Source: an uncultured Bacteroidota bacterium
GTDB lineage: Bacteria > Bacteroidota > Bacteroidia > Bacteroidales > VadinHA17
NCBI GenBank assembly: GCA_903824785.1
Contig: CAIJYD010000051.1
Location: forward strand, 45,926 to 109,925
DNA: 64,000 nt
Direction of reading: 5' to 3'
The notes under the pieces are model-generated. The model was given only the letters and a program-made list of their open reading frames with translations, was not told the DNA's origin and made no database searches. Below are positions 30,889 through 40,823 of the stretch, in pieces (position 1 is the first letter of the stretch; the number at the start of each line of letters is the position of its first letter). The translations under genes and the position numbers were made by a program.

Positions 30889-31983
30889 TTAATTGGTCTG
30901 TTTAGTAAGAATATCAAGAACAGGCTGAAGAGGTTTCATCTCTCTATCAACTATTCCGAATTCTCCCGATTTATAATTCCAGTTGGCATAGGCAATTCCA
31001 TATTCATTAAATATTGATACCATATCTGTATACCAGGCCAGTTTTGAAGCCGGAAAAGAGTTCTTGTAGATCCCAAATTCTCCGCAGTATAATGGTAATT
31101 TAAGGCTGTCGGCAAGGTGAATGGGTTTCTGCATCATTTTTTCAAGTGTGTCGCGATTATATACACGCTGATGTTCAGAAAGCTTGCTGTTCAGAACAAC
31201 CTGCCCCGGATAATTCACTTCACCTTTGAAGTCTTTGAACTCTGTCCAGGAAGCCTGATAGTGGGTCAGAAACATTGGTTCATAAAAATGAAAGCTCAGA
31301 ATAATATTGGTGTCGTTCTTTGGAATTCTCAATTGATCAAAAGTGCTGGCAGACTGCCAACGGTTTGAGCCGATAACCAGAACACGTACAGGCTCCCATT
31401 GACGAATGGAATCAGCCACACGGGCAAGAAGTACATTCCATTCTTCTGCACTGTCTGCAACAGGCTCATTCATAAACTCATAAGCAACCATGGCATTTGG
31501 CCATTTCTGAAGAAATCCTGAAAGGTCCTTCCACATTCCGATGAATTTATCCTGTTCTGCAGGAACAGTCCATAACGGCTTTTCCTTTGCATTAAAATGA
31601 TGAGACCGAAGAATATGCAAATCAACAACTACCCGAAGTTCTGCTTTCCGGCACCATTCAAGGCTGTTATCCAGCAGAGTAAAAGCATCTTCATTCCGTT
31701 TTCCGGCTTCATCCCACATCTGTTCTTCGTCGATTGGTATTCTGACATGATCAAAACCGGCGGAGTCAATAAAACGGACATCCTTCTCAGTAAAAAATGC
31801 TTTTCGTTCTTCTCCCCTTGCCTTACTCTGGGAAAGCCAGTGAGCTACGTTGGTACCTCGCTTCATCTCAAATGATGCGAAAGGAAAAGTCTTGACTTCT
31901 GTAGCTGGTTTACTGTTTTTACAAGCTGGAATTAAAACGACAAAAGCCGTAATAGCAATGAAATAGAGCAGAGATCTTCTCAT
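30889..31983 (-). CDS. GH5 family glycoside hydrolase (cellulase/mannanase-type), lipoprotein
   Basis: Lipobox IPAC. RIPI block, YEFMNEP acid/base motif, and CGEFG nucleophile motif near the C-terminus. Confidence 0.85.
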   Translation of the reverse strand: MRRSLLYFIAITAFVVLIPACKNSKPATEVKTFPFASFEMKRGTNVAHWLSQSKARGEERKAFFTEKDVRFIDSAGFDHVRIPIDEEQMWDEAGKRNEDAFTLLDNSLEWCRKAELRVVVDLHILRSHHFNAKEKPLWTVPAEQDKFIGMWKDLSGFLQKWPNAMVAYEFMNEPVADSAEEWNVLLARVADSIRQWEPVRVLVIGSNRWQSASTFDQLRIPKNDTNIILSFHFYEPMFLTHYQASWTEFKDFKGEVNYPGQVVLNSKLSEHQRVYNRDTLEKMMQKPIHLADSLKLPLYCGEFGIYKNSFPASKLAWYTDMVSIFNEYGIAYANWNYKSGEFGIVDREMKPLQPVLDILTKQTN

Positions 31984-32269
31984 AGGTTTATGGTTTTTAG
32001 GTTCATTAAAAAAATCGGTTTTCTGAATTAAGGATAGATGAAGTAAGATTTATGGATTATTGGATTCCAATTTATGATATAAATATAAACATCCTTTAAT
32101 AAAAACAAAAAAAATAAGCTAATAGTGCAATTATGTTTTTAATATAAACCGGAGATGGTATAAAGATATTTTTGTACTCCGAAAATCTGAAAATCAGCAA
32201 AGTTGTAACAGAATATAAATAATTTTTGAATCTTTGCGGACTGACGGTCAGAAATTTAATAGATAGGTC

Positions 32270-35200
32270 ATGAAGAGTTTACTGAATAAAATGTTTTATA
32301 ACATATTTTTTGCAGAGTCATTTCTGATGGCAGTTCTTTTAACCAGCCCTGTTTGTATGTCCGGGCAGCAATTAAAACTTTTTGAATCAGTTCCTCCGCA
32401 GAAATCAGGGGTTGTGTTCAAAAATACTATTACCGAGAATGAGGAGCACAACGCCCTTACCCATGAAAACCTCTACAACGGGGGTGGTGTTGCAACAGGA
32501 GATATTAATAATGACGGGCTGGAAGATATCTTTTTTATTTCAAACATGGGGTATAACAAATTATACCTCAATACGGGTGACTTAAAATTCAAAGACATAA
32601 CAAAAAGCGCAGGTGTTGAAGGAAGGGAAGGGTGGAAGACAGGTGTAACAATGGTTGACATAAACGGAGATAATTTGCTTGATATTTATGTCTGCTACTC
32701 AGGCAAAGACGAACCTGAAAAGAGAAGAAATCAGCTTTTCATTAATAAAGGTAATCTGAAATTCGAAGAGAAAGCCAAAGCCTGGGGTCTGGACGATCCT
32801 ACATTTTCCACCCTAGGTGCATTTTTCGATTATGATCTGGATGGTGATCTCGATCTGTTCATTGTTGCTACCAATGTTATAGTAATCAGGGGCATGGAAT
32901 TCGAACAGGCTCGTACAGGAAATGATCTCTATGCCGGAGATAAATTGTTCAGAAATAACGGCGACCATTTTGTTGATGTAACAGCGCAATCAGGAATTAT
33001 ATCAAATGCGTTAGGCTACGGACTTGGAGTTGCCATTTCGGATATCAACAAAGACGGATGGCCTGACATATATATTACGAATGACTATATCGAGCCTGAT
33101 TATCTCTACATAAATAACGGCAACGGAACTTTCACAAATAAACTGACTGAATATGTTCAGCACATATCCCAGTCTGCCATGGGATGCGACATCAATGATT
33201 TTAACAATGATACCTGGCCCGACATTTTCACAACCGACATGCTTCCTGCGGAGAATAAACGGATGAAGCTTCTTTACGGTCCGGAGAACTATATGCAGTA
33301 TGCTCTAACTGTTATGCAGGGCTATTACCATTCAAGTATGCGCAATATGCTTCAACTGAACAATGGCAACGGAACATTCAGTGAAATAGGTCAGCTTGCC
33401 GGGGTCTCAAATACCGACTGGAGCTGGGCTCCCCTCTTTGCCGATTATGACAATGACGGATGGAAGGATCTGTTTGTCTCAAACGGATATTTCAGGGATT
33501 ATACCAATCGAGATTTCTTAAAAACAAAAAATGACTACTATGCCCAGAAAGCGAGGGCCAAAGAGCCGGCCGACACTTTTCAGATTGCAGCGACAATGAC
33601 CTCTACTCCTGTTCATAATTTTATCTACAAGAACAATAAAGACTTAACTTTTTCTGATAAAAGCATGGAATGGGGATTAGAAAAGAAGGGATTCTCTAAC
33701 GGTTCTGCCTATTCTGATCTTGATAACGATGGGGACCTTGATCTGGTTGTAAGTAATCAGAATGAATCGGCTTCTCTATACAGGAATATGCTTCGCGAAT
33801 CAAAATTACCCGGTACAAACTTTCTGTCTATCCAGCTAAAAGGGACAGGCAAGAACAGTTCCGGACTGGGAAGCAAAGCATATGTTTATACCCGTAAGGG
33901 GGTACAATATATTGAACAGATGCCAACGCGTGGATATCAGTCTTGTGTTAGCAATAAGCTTCATTTTGGATTAGCTGATAATGAAGTTGTTGATTCAGTA
34001 AGAATTGAATGGCCCCGTGGGAATGTCAGTGTCTTAAAGAACATAAGTGCAAATCAGCAGATCTCAATAGCAGAAAGTAATGTAAAACAGAAATCTGCTC
34101 CGTTCATTGCTGCAGTAAAACCCTTCTCGCCAATGGAGTCGCTGATTAAGTATGAACACAACGAATACGGATCGAATGATTTTCAGCGTCAGCCTTTGCT
34201 GACAACAATGCTGTCGGTCTGCGGACCTGTAATCGCGACCGCCGATGTTAACGGAGACAAACTTACTGATGTATTTGTTGGCGGTACAAAAGAGAATCCC
34301 GGGAAACTTTATCTTCAGCTTGCAAATGGAACATTCACAGCTTCAGCGAGTTTTAATTTCAAGGAAGATTTCAGATGCACCGATTCCGATGCATTATTCT
34401 TTGACGCTGATAATGACGGCGATCAGGACCTTTATATCGTCAGCGGTGGTTATCACGATTATGTGAAAAACGACAAAGCGCTTCAGGACAGGCTTTACCT
34501 TAACAACGGCACCGGCCGCTTCACACGCTCAACTGAAGCACTTCCTCCAATGTTAAACTCTAAATCATGTGTGCGTGTTGCTGATATTGACAAAGATGGC
34601 GATGCTGATCTCTTTGTCGGAGGTCGAGTTATGCCGGGCGAATACCCGAAACCACAGGAGAGCTATATTCTTATCAACGACGGTGCAGGGCATTTTAAGA
34701 ATGCTGCTGTATCTTTTCTTCCTGAGCTGAGTACAGGAGGTATGATTACCGATGCAGTATGGGTTGACCTCAATAAAGATTCCTGGCCAGATTTAATTAC
34801 TGCAGGTGAATTCATGCCGGTTCGTGTTTTCATCAATGAACAGGGAAAGAAATTCAGAGAGGCAACGAAATCATGGTTTGATGTGCCGGAAGGGGGCCTC
34901 TGGAATAAAATTACAACTGCAGACTTTGACCATGACGGAAACATGGATCTCATAGCAGGAAACTTCGGAACCAACTCGCAATTAAAGAGTTCCGCAAACG
35001 AGCCACTCTCACTTACCTTTAAGGATTTTGACAATAACGGAACCGTTGACCCGATTCTGACCTATTACAATGAGAAGCAATCGTATCCCTGGGCAAGCCG
35101 CGATGAGATGCTCGGACAGCTTCCTGTACTGCGCAGAAAATTTCCAACCTACGAATCATACTCCGAGGCCAGGCTTTCTGATCTCTTCCCGGCAGGGGAT

Positions 35201-35602
35201 TTAAAAACAGCAGGTGTATTATCGGCTACAGAATTAAGAACCGTTGTCTTCAGAAATACCGGCAGTAAGTTTAAGAAACAGCTACTCCCTGTGGAAGCAC
35301 AGTTTTCACCTGTGTACGCCATTGAGACGCTCGACTATAATCAGGATGGAAATACAGATTTTATTCTGGCCGGAAATCAAAATGCAATTTGTGTCCGTCT
35401 GGGTGTTATGGATGCCAGTTTTGGTCAGTTATATGAAGGGGACGGGAAAGGAAATTTCAGGTATATCTCGCAGCCTGCTTCCGGTCTCTCTCTTACCGGT
35501 GATGTTAAATCGCTGAAAGTGCTGACCATTAATAAAAAACGTTATCTGCTTGCCGGTGTTAACAATCTTGGGATTGTGACTTTTAAAATGAATCTAAAAT
35601 AG
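32270..35602 (+). CDS. CRTAC1-family protein (FG-GAP/VCBS repeats with internal ASPIC/UnbV domain)
   Basis: Repeated D-x-N/D-x-D-G-x-x-D Ca-binding FG-GAP motifs (GDINNDGLEDIFF, FDYDLDGDLDLF, SDLDNDGDLDLVV and others). Central ASPIC/UnbV block NFLSIQLKGTGKNSSGLGSKAYVY...HFGL...IEWPRG. Confidence 0.85.
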   Translation: MKSLLNKMFYNIFFAESFLMAVLLTSPVCMSGQQLKLFESVPPQKSGVVFKNTITENEEHNALTHENLYNGGGVATGDINNDGLEDIFFISNMGYNKLYLNTGDLKFKDITKSAGVEGREGWKTGVTMVDINGDNLLDIYVCYSGKDEPEKRRNQLFINKGNLKFEEKAKAWGLDDPTFSTLGAFFDYDLDGDLDLFIVATNVIVIRGMEFEQARTGNDLYAGDKLFRNNGDHFVDVTAQSGIISNALGYGLGVAISDINKDGWPDIYITNDYIEPDYLYINNGNGTFTNKLTEYVQHISQSAMGCDINDFNNDTWPDIFTTDMLPAENKRMKLLYGPENYMQYALTVMQGYYHSSMRNMLQLNNGNGTFSEIGQLAGVSNTDWSWAPLFADYDNDGWKDLFVSNGYFRDYTNRDFLKTKNDYYAQKARAKEPADTFQIAATMTSTPVHNFIYKNNKDLTFSDKSMEWGLEKKGFSNGSAYSDLDNDGDLDLVVSNQNESASLYRNMLRESKLPGTNFLSIQLKGTGKNSSGLGSKAYVYTRKGVQYIEQMPTRGYQSCVSNKLHFGLADNEVVDSVRIEWPRGNVSVLKNISANQQISIAESNVKQKSAPFIAAVKPFSPMESLIKYEHNEYGSNDFQRQPLLTTMLSVCGPVIATADVNGDKLTDVFVGGTKENPGKLYLQLANGTFTASASFNFKEDFRCTDSDALFFDADNDGDQDLYIVSGGYHDYVKNDKALQDRLYLNNGTGRFTRSTEALPPMLNSKSCVRVADIDKDGDADLFVGGRVMPGEYPKPQESYILINDGAGHFKNAAVSFLPELSTGGMITDAVWVDLNKDSWPDLITAGEFMPVRVFINEQGKKFREATKSWFDVPEGGLWNKITTADFDHDGNMDLIAGNFGTNSQLKSSANEPLSLTFKDFDNNGTVDPILTYYNEKQSYPWASRDEMLGQLPVLRRKFPTYESYSEARLSDLFPAGDLKTAGVLSATELRTVVFRNTGSKFKKQLLPVEAQFSPVYAIETLDYNQDGNTDFILAGNQNAICVRLGVMDASFGQLYEGDGKGNFRYISQPASGLSLTGDVKSLKVLTINKKRYLLAGVNNLGIVTFKMNLK

Positions 35603-35690
35603 AACCGTACTTATTCTAATTCTGTTTATATTCAGCCATACATAATACTAAGGGGTGGATTAAAGATTAGATTTTCATAAAACTAATAAA

Positions 35691-35698
35691 TATATTTG
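35691..35698 (+). promoter_or_regulatory. candidate Bacteroidota -7 promoter box (TATATTTG) upstream of the second CRTAC1 paralogue
   Basis: Exact TAnnTTTG match 63 nt upstream of the ATG at 35761, in a 158-nt intergenic spacer. Confidence 0.3.
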
Positions 35699-35760
35699 TC
35701 TCAGTTAAAGGGCTGAAATAAAGGTCTTATTTGAACCTCAACTAATTTTAATTTCTGTAA

Positions 35761-38700
35761 ATGAACAATCCCCTCCACAAAATATTTATACTATTATTAC
35801 TAATCAGTATATCAGCCTGTACCCGCGATAAAGAGCATCTTTTCACCTCGCTTTCACACAAGAGAACCGGAATAGATTTCAAAAACATGATCACAGAAAG
35901 TGAAGCATTCAATGTCCTTGATTATGGTTATCTCTATAACGGAGCCGGTGTTGCCGTAGGCGATATTAACAATGATGGGCTGGCTGATATCTATTTCAGC
36001 GGCAATCTAACAAAAAGCAAACTATATCTCAACAAGGGCAATTTCAGATTTGAAGACATCACTGAGAAAGCAGGTGTTGCCGGCGGAGGAACGTGGAATA
36101 CCGGGGTTACAATGGCCGACATCAATGCCGACGGGTTTCTCGATATCTACGTCTCGAGTTCAACGGATGGCAGAACAGAATACAGAAAAAATCTTCTTTT
36201 TATCAATAACGGAGATAATACTTTTACAGAAAGTGCCGCCAGCTATGGAATAGACGATTCGTCCTATTCCACCCACAGTGCCTTTTTCGATTATGATAAA
36301 GACGGAGACCTCGACCTTTTTGTTCTGAATCATTCGCTTGACAAATTTGCCCGACCAAAGCCGGGTCTGAAAAACGAACACGATTCAAGATATGAGCAAC
36401 GTCTGTGCAGAAATAACGGAGGCAAATTCACTGATGTTTCCAAAGAAACAGGTATGATACAGAATGTTATGAATTTTGGCCTTGGCATTGCAATAGCTGA
36501 TTTCAATAATGACAACTGGCCCGATATTTATATATGCAATGACTATTCCGAACAGGATTATTTGTATATCAACCAGAAGGATGGAACCTTTTCGGAACAG
36601 CTTGAAAAATATTTCGACCACGTCTCTCTCTCCTCGATGGGCAATGATGCCGCTGATATAAATAATGACGGTTATATTGATCTGTTAACTCTTGATATGT
36701 ATCCGGAGGATAATTATAGCAATAAACTTGTTGCCGGCCCTGATAACTACGATAAGGTGAGCATTCTTAAAAATACCGGCTACTACCATCAATCAACCCG
36801 TAACATGCTGCAGTTGAATAATCAGGGAAAATATTTTACTGAGATTGGTCAGTATGCAGGAGTTTTCAGTACCAACTGGAGCTGGTCGCCTCTCTTCTGC
36901 GATTTTGATAATGACGGTAACAAGGATCTCTATATCACCAACGGATACGGAAGAAACAGCACACATATGGATGCTATTATGTTTTCCGTTGAACAGATGG
37001 TGAAGCAGCAAAAGGGTGAATCATCTATGACCAAGATGGATATCATTAAAACAATACCGGCTACAATACTGAAAAACTATATTTTCCGGAATAACGGGGA
37101 TCTCACATTTACCAATGTTACTGATTCATGGGGCGATGAGATGCCTTCATTATCGAACGGAGCTGCTTATGCCGACCTTGATCATGACGGAGACATGGAT
37201 CTGGTGGTAAGCACAATAAATGACTTTCCGCTGGTTTACCGTAATAACTCGGATAAACTTAATAAAAATCATTTCCTGAAAATAAAATTTGATGGAATTG
37301 GTATGAACAAAGGAGGTATCGGCGCAAAGGTGGAAGTTAAATGCAAGGATAAGACTTATACACAGGAATTCAATCCTTCACGCGGCTATATGTCATCAAT
37401 GAATCACGAGCTGATTTTTGGTATTGGCAATGCTGAGGCTGCCGATGAGGTGAAAATTACATGGCCCGATCTGCGAATTCAGGTGTTGAATGGTGTCCCG
37501 GCAGATCAGACAATTGTACTTCATAATAAGGATGCACAATTTGTAGAACAAATAGCAGATTCAGCCTCACAGGCTCTTTTTATTCCTTTGAATAATCATA
37601 ATATTCTTGATTTTAAGCATATTGAGAATGAGTATTCCGATTTCAGAAAACAAATTCTGCTGCCTCATTTCCTCTCCACGCAGGGACCGCACATAGCCAA
37701 AGGTGATGTTAACAATGACGGGCTGGAGGATCTCTATTTTGGTGGTGCCAAAGATTCTCCCGGCAGACTTTATTTTCAGAAGAAGGACGGATCATTTGAG
37801 CTTCAGAGACAACCGGCTTTCGAAGAAGACAAAGGATCTGAAGACGCCGGGGCTCTGTTTTTTGACGCTGATGGTGACAAAGATGCTGATTTATATGTAG
37901 TAAGCGGAGGTAATGAGTTTCAGGTTGATTCGCCTGAATTGCAGGATCGCCTCTACCTCAATAACGGGAACGGGGTTTTCACTAAAACCGATGACAGACT
38001 TCCAAAAATGTTAACAAGCGGCTCATGCGTCAAAGCTGCAGATATTGATAATGATGGAGACGCAGATCTGTTTGTCGGAGGAAGGGTTACTCCAGGTTCT
38101 TACCCAATTGCACCAAGAAGCTACATTCTTGAAAATAACGGGAAGGGCTATTTCAGCGATGTAACAGCACAGTACAACAAGTCGCTGTTGAATCCGGGAA
38201 TGGTTACTGATGCGGTATGGACCGACTTCAACGGAGACAGGAAGATGGATCTTATCGTTGTTGGAGAATGGATGAAGATCATGATTTTTCAGAATAGCGG
38301 TAAAACTCTTTCCGAAATAAGTGACATGAGCGAACTGAAAGATTCGGAAGGATGGTGGAACACAATTCTGGCTGACGATTTTGATAACGACGGTGATACA
38401 GACTATGTTATCGGTAATCTTGGCCTCAACTCGCAGATAAAGGTTTCTGCTTCTGAACCTGCAACAATTTACGCTAAGGATTTCGACAATAATGGATCAA
38501 TCGATGCTGTAATGTGCTATTTTATTCAGGGTAAAAGCTATCCATTCTATTCAAAGGATGACTTACAGACCCAGATGCCATTTATTAAAAAGAAATATCC
38601 CACTTATGAATCGTATGCAAATCAGACCATTACCGATATCTTCTCTGCCGAAGAACTCAATAAAGCCATGGTTCTGAAGGCCTCTATCTTTGCAAGCTGC

Positions 38701-39066
38701 TATCTGGAGAACAAAGGAGATGGTCAGTTTAAACTTACTCCTCTTCCGCGCGAGGCACAGTACTCCCCGATATATGGCATCAGCTCAGGTGATTTTAACA
38801 ATGACGGAAACCGTGATATGATACTGGCAGGAAATTTCTTTGGAACAAGAATAAAATTTGGCGAATATGACGCAAACAAGGGGTTACTGCTTACCGGAAA
38901 CGGAAAATGTGACTTTACAGCTTTAAGCGAAAAGCAAAGTGGCTTTCATATTAATGGTGAAGTCAGAGATATAGCTTCGGTTAACTCAGCTTCCGGAAAG
39001 AAAACCTTTATTTTTGCACTAAATAATGACTCTGTCAGAATATACGGTTTAACTAATAACAAATAA
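35761..39066 (+). CDS. CRTAC1-family lipoprotein (FG-GAP/VCBS repeats with internal ASPIC/UnbV domain), tandem paralogue of 32270..35602
   Basis: Lipobox ISISAC. Collinear with the upstream gene over its whole length (for example GVAVGDINNDGLADIYFSGN versus GVATGDINNDGLEDIFFISN). ASPIC block HFLKIKFDGIGMNKGGIGAKVEV. Confidence 0.85.
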   Translation: MNNPLHKIFILLLLISISACTRDKEHLFTSLSHKRTGIDFKNMITESEAFNVLDYGYLYNGAGVAVGDINNDGLADIYFSGNLTKSKLYLNKGNFRFEDITEKAGVAGGGTWNTGVTMADINADGFLDIYVSSSTDGRTEYRKNLLFINNGDNTFTESAASYGIDDSSYSTHSAFFDYDKDGDLDLFVLNHSLDKFARPKPGLKNEHDSRYEQRLCRNNGGKFTDVSKETGMIQNVMNFGLGIAIADFNNDNWPDIYICNDYSEQDYLYINQKDGTFSEQLEKYFDHVSLSSMGNDAADINNDGYIDLLTLDMYPEDNYSNKLVAGPDNYDKVSILKNTGYYHQSTRNMLQLNNQGKYFTEIGQYAGVFSTNWSWSPLFCDFDNDGNKDLYITNGYGRNSTHMDAIMFSVEQMVKQQKGESSMTKMDIIKTIPATILKNYIFRNNGDLTFTNVTDSWGDEMPSLSNGAAYADLDHDGDMDLVVSTINDFPLVYRNNSDKLNKNHFLKIKFDGIGMNKGGIGAKVEVKCKDKTYTQEFNPSRGYMSSMNHELIFGIGNAEAADEVKITWPDLRIQVLNGVPADQTIVLHNKDAQFVEQIADSASQALFIPLNNHNILDFKHIENEYSDFRKQILLPHFLSTQGPHIAKGDVNNDGLEDLYFGGAKDSPGRLYFQKKDGSFELQRQPAFEEDKGSEDAGALFFDADGDKDADLYVVSGGNEFQVDSPELQDRLYLNNGNGVFTKTDDRLPKMLTSGSCVKAADIDNDGDADLFVGGRVTPGSYPIAPRSYILENNGKGYFSDVTAQYNKSLLNPGMVTDAVWTDFNGDRKMDLIVVGEWMKIMIFQNSGKTLSEISDMSELKDSEGWWNTILADDFDNDGDTDYVIGNLGLNSQIKVSASEPATIYAKDFDNNGSIDAVMCYFIQGKSYPFYSKDDLQTQMPFIKKKYPTYESYANQTITDIFSAEELNKAMVLKASIFASCYLENKGDGQFKLTPLPREAQYSPIYGISSGDFNNDGNRDMILAGNFFGTRIKFGEYDANKGLLLTGNGKCDFTALSEKQSGFHINGEVRDIASVNSASGKKTFIFALNNDSVRIYGLTNNK

Positions 39067-39094
39067 TATTATTCATTTAAGCAACAATTCCATT

Positions 39095-39874
39095 ATGTAT
39101 AAACTTAAATATTACACCGTTATCATGATACTGGTAATACTCATTACCGGATCATGCGACAATCTGTTAAAAAAGGATTATTCCCTTACTGTAAAGGAAT
39201 ATCAGAAGTTAGGAATCCCTGATCATAACAGAATCTGGACCAATGATGATTATATCAATTCCAACATAACCTTAGGTAGTATTAAGTCAGATTATCCTCT
39301 TTCCCTGCCAAGAAAAAACAGCAAAAAATCGGGAGCCATCTTCAGCCGGTTTATCAACAGGGAAAACCTCTCATTTACTGGTGATACTGCCCTTCCTCTT
39401 CGCTCGAGAGCTTATCTGATCCAGCATTTCACACGTTTTCAGGGCGAATTGCAACAGGCATATTCCGATAAAACCAAAGAGGAACAATATTATGAGGAGG
39501 AGCTGATTGATATTGAGATTTTCGGACTCTTTGTACACGAAAGAATGCTCTCTCTTGCAGAGATAATCATGAAATCAACAGATGAATCTTTAACCGGCAT
39601 CCAATCCGGACTAAAGACTGTGAAATATAACTATTTACAGTTGATTGAGATGTTACTGGCTGAACAAGTCAGAACAAAAGCATACTCCACTAAGAATCTT
39701 GAGAAGTTAAGCAAGGAAGTTTCGCGCTCTTTAATTGAAAATCATGAATGGATCTTACCTGCTGACAGATTAACTATTTCTGCACAGATACAGAGTACAA
39801 TTGATAAATCGTCATCAAAGATTGTTAAGGCTGATTATCAGAAAATACTTAATGCACTTGACGATAAAAAGTAA
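39095..39874 (+). CDS. hypothetical lipoprotein, predominantly helical
   Basis: 259-aa ORF starting 28 nt after the CRTAC1 paralogue. Lipobox ITGSC. No recognisable motif. Confidence 0.6.
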   Translation: MYKLKYYTVIMILVILITGSCDNLLKKDYSLTVKEYQKLGIPDHNRIWTNDDYINSNITLGSIKSDYPLSLPRKNSKKSGAIFSRFINRENLSFTGDTALPLRSRAYLIQHFTRFQGELQQAYSDKTKEEQYYEEELIDIEIFGLFVHERMLSLAEIIMKSTDESLTGIQSGLKTVKYNYLQLIEMLLAEQVRTKAYSTKNLEKLSKEVSRSLIENHEWILPADRLTISAQIQSTIDKSSSKIVKADYQKILNALDDKK

Positions 39875-39905
39875 TATTTTTTCTATTCTGATAATTAAGA
39901 ATTAT

Positions 39906-40823
39906 TCATTTTGAACTGATGAGTTTCATCTGACTCATCCAGTCGATACAATACCCCATCCAGGTATCGCGCGAAAATCCTTTAAGAAAACCGTGATCAC
40001 CTTCGGGATAAATATGCAGCCCCGCAGAAACTGAATCTGAAAGCAGCGCTTTATAGAACATTATGCTGTTTTCAACCGGAACAGCCTTATCATCTCCTGC
40101 ATGAATAAGAAATGCAGGCGGAGTAAGCCGGCTAACCTGCTGCTCGTTTGAGAAATAGCTAACCGTTTCATTTGAAGGTGATTTGCCAAGGAGATTTTCC
40201 CTGGTTCCTTTATGTCCCGTTTTTTCAGAAAGAGAAATGACAGGATAGATCAGTAACATAAAATCGGGTCTCAGGCTGGTTCCATTTGCATTTTCTATGA
40301 ATGCCTTATTAAAATGAGTACCTGCAGTTGACGCCAGATGACCACCTGCAGAGAAGCCCATAATTCCGATCCTGGATGCATCAATATTCCATTCCGAAGC
40401 CCGTTCCCGGACTATCTTTATTGCCTGCTGTGCATCCTGAAGCGGACCGATAGATTTATCTTTCATCGTTTTGTCGTCAGGAAGACGATATTTAAGGACA
40501 AATGCTGCTACTCCGAGTTCATTGAATTTCCGCGCTACCTCATATCCTTCACGTTTAATCACATTTACTCCGTAGCCTCCGCCAGGACAAATAATAACAG
40601 CCGTGCCGTTTGCCTTCTCCTTGGCGGGAATAAAGAAGGAAATAGTTGGTTTTGAGATCTTATACAGCACCTCTCCATTCTCATTCCGGGACTCTTCGTC
40701 AGGAGCAGAAAGCGAGCCGGGAACTACTCCGGGGTATAATGGAATAGTTTCCTGTGACTTAACTGCTGAACAGGAGAAAATCAGCAGCAGCAGAACAAAC
40801 ATTGGTTTTATTTTCATATTCAT
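39906..40823 (-). CDS. secreted alpha/beta-hydrolase (esterase/lipase, CE10-like)
   Basis: Signal peptide FSCSAVKSQ. HGGG-like oxyanion region CPGGGY and nucleophile elbow GFSAGGH. ATGA overlap with the upstream radical SAM gene. Confidence 0.8.
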   Translation of the reverse strand: MNMKIKPMFVLLLLIFSCSAVKSQETIPLYPGVVPGSLSAPDEESRNENGEVLYKISKPTISFFIPAKEKANGTAVIICPGGGYGVNVIKREGYEVARKFNELGVAAFVLKYRLPDDKTMKDKSIGPLQDAQQAIKIVRERASEWNIDASRIGIMGFSAGGHLASTAGTHFNKAFIENANGTSLRPDFMLLIYPVISLSEKTGHKGTRENLLGKSPSNETVSYFSNEQQVSRLTPPAFLIHAGDDKAVPVENSIMFYKALLSDSVSAGLHIYPEGDHGFLKGFSRDTWMGYCIDWMSQMKLISSK

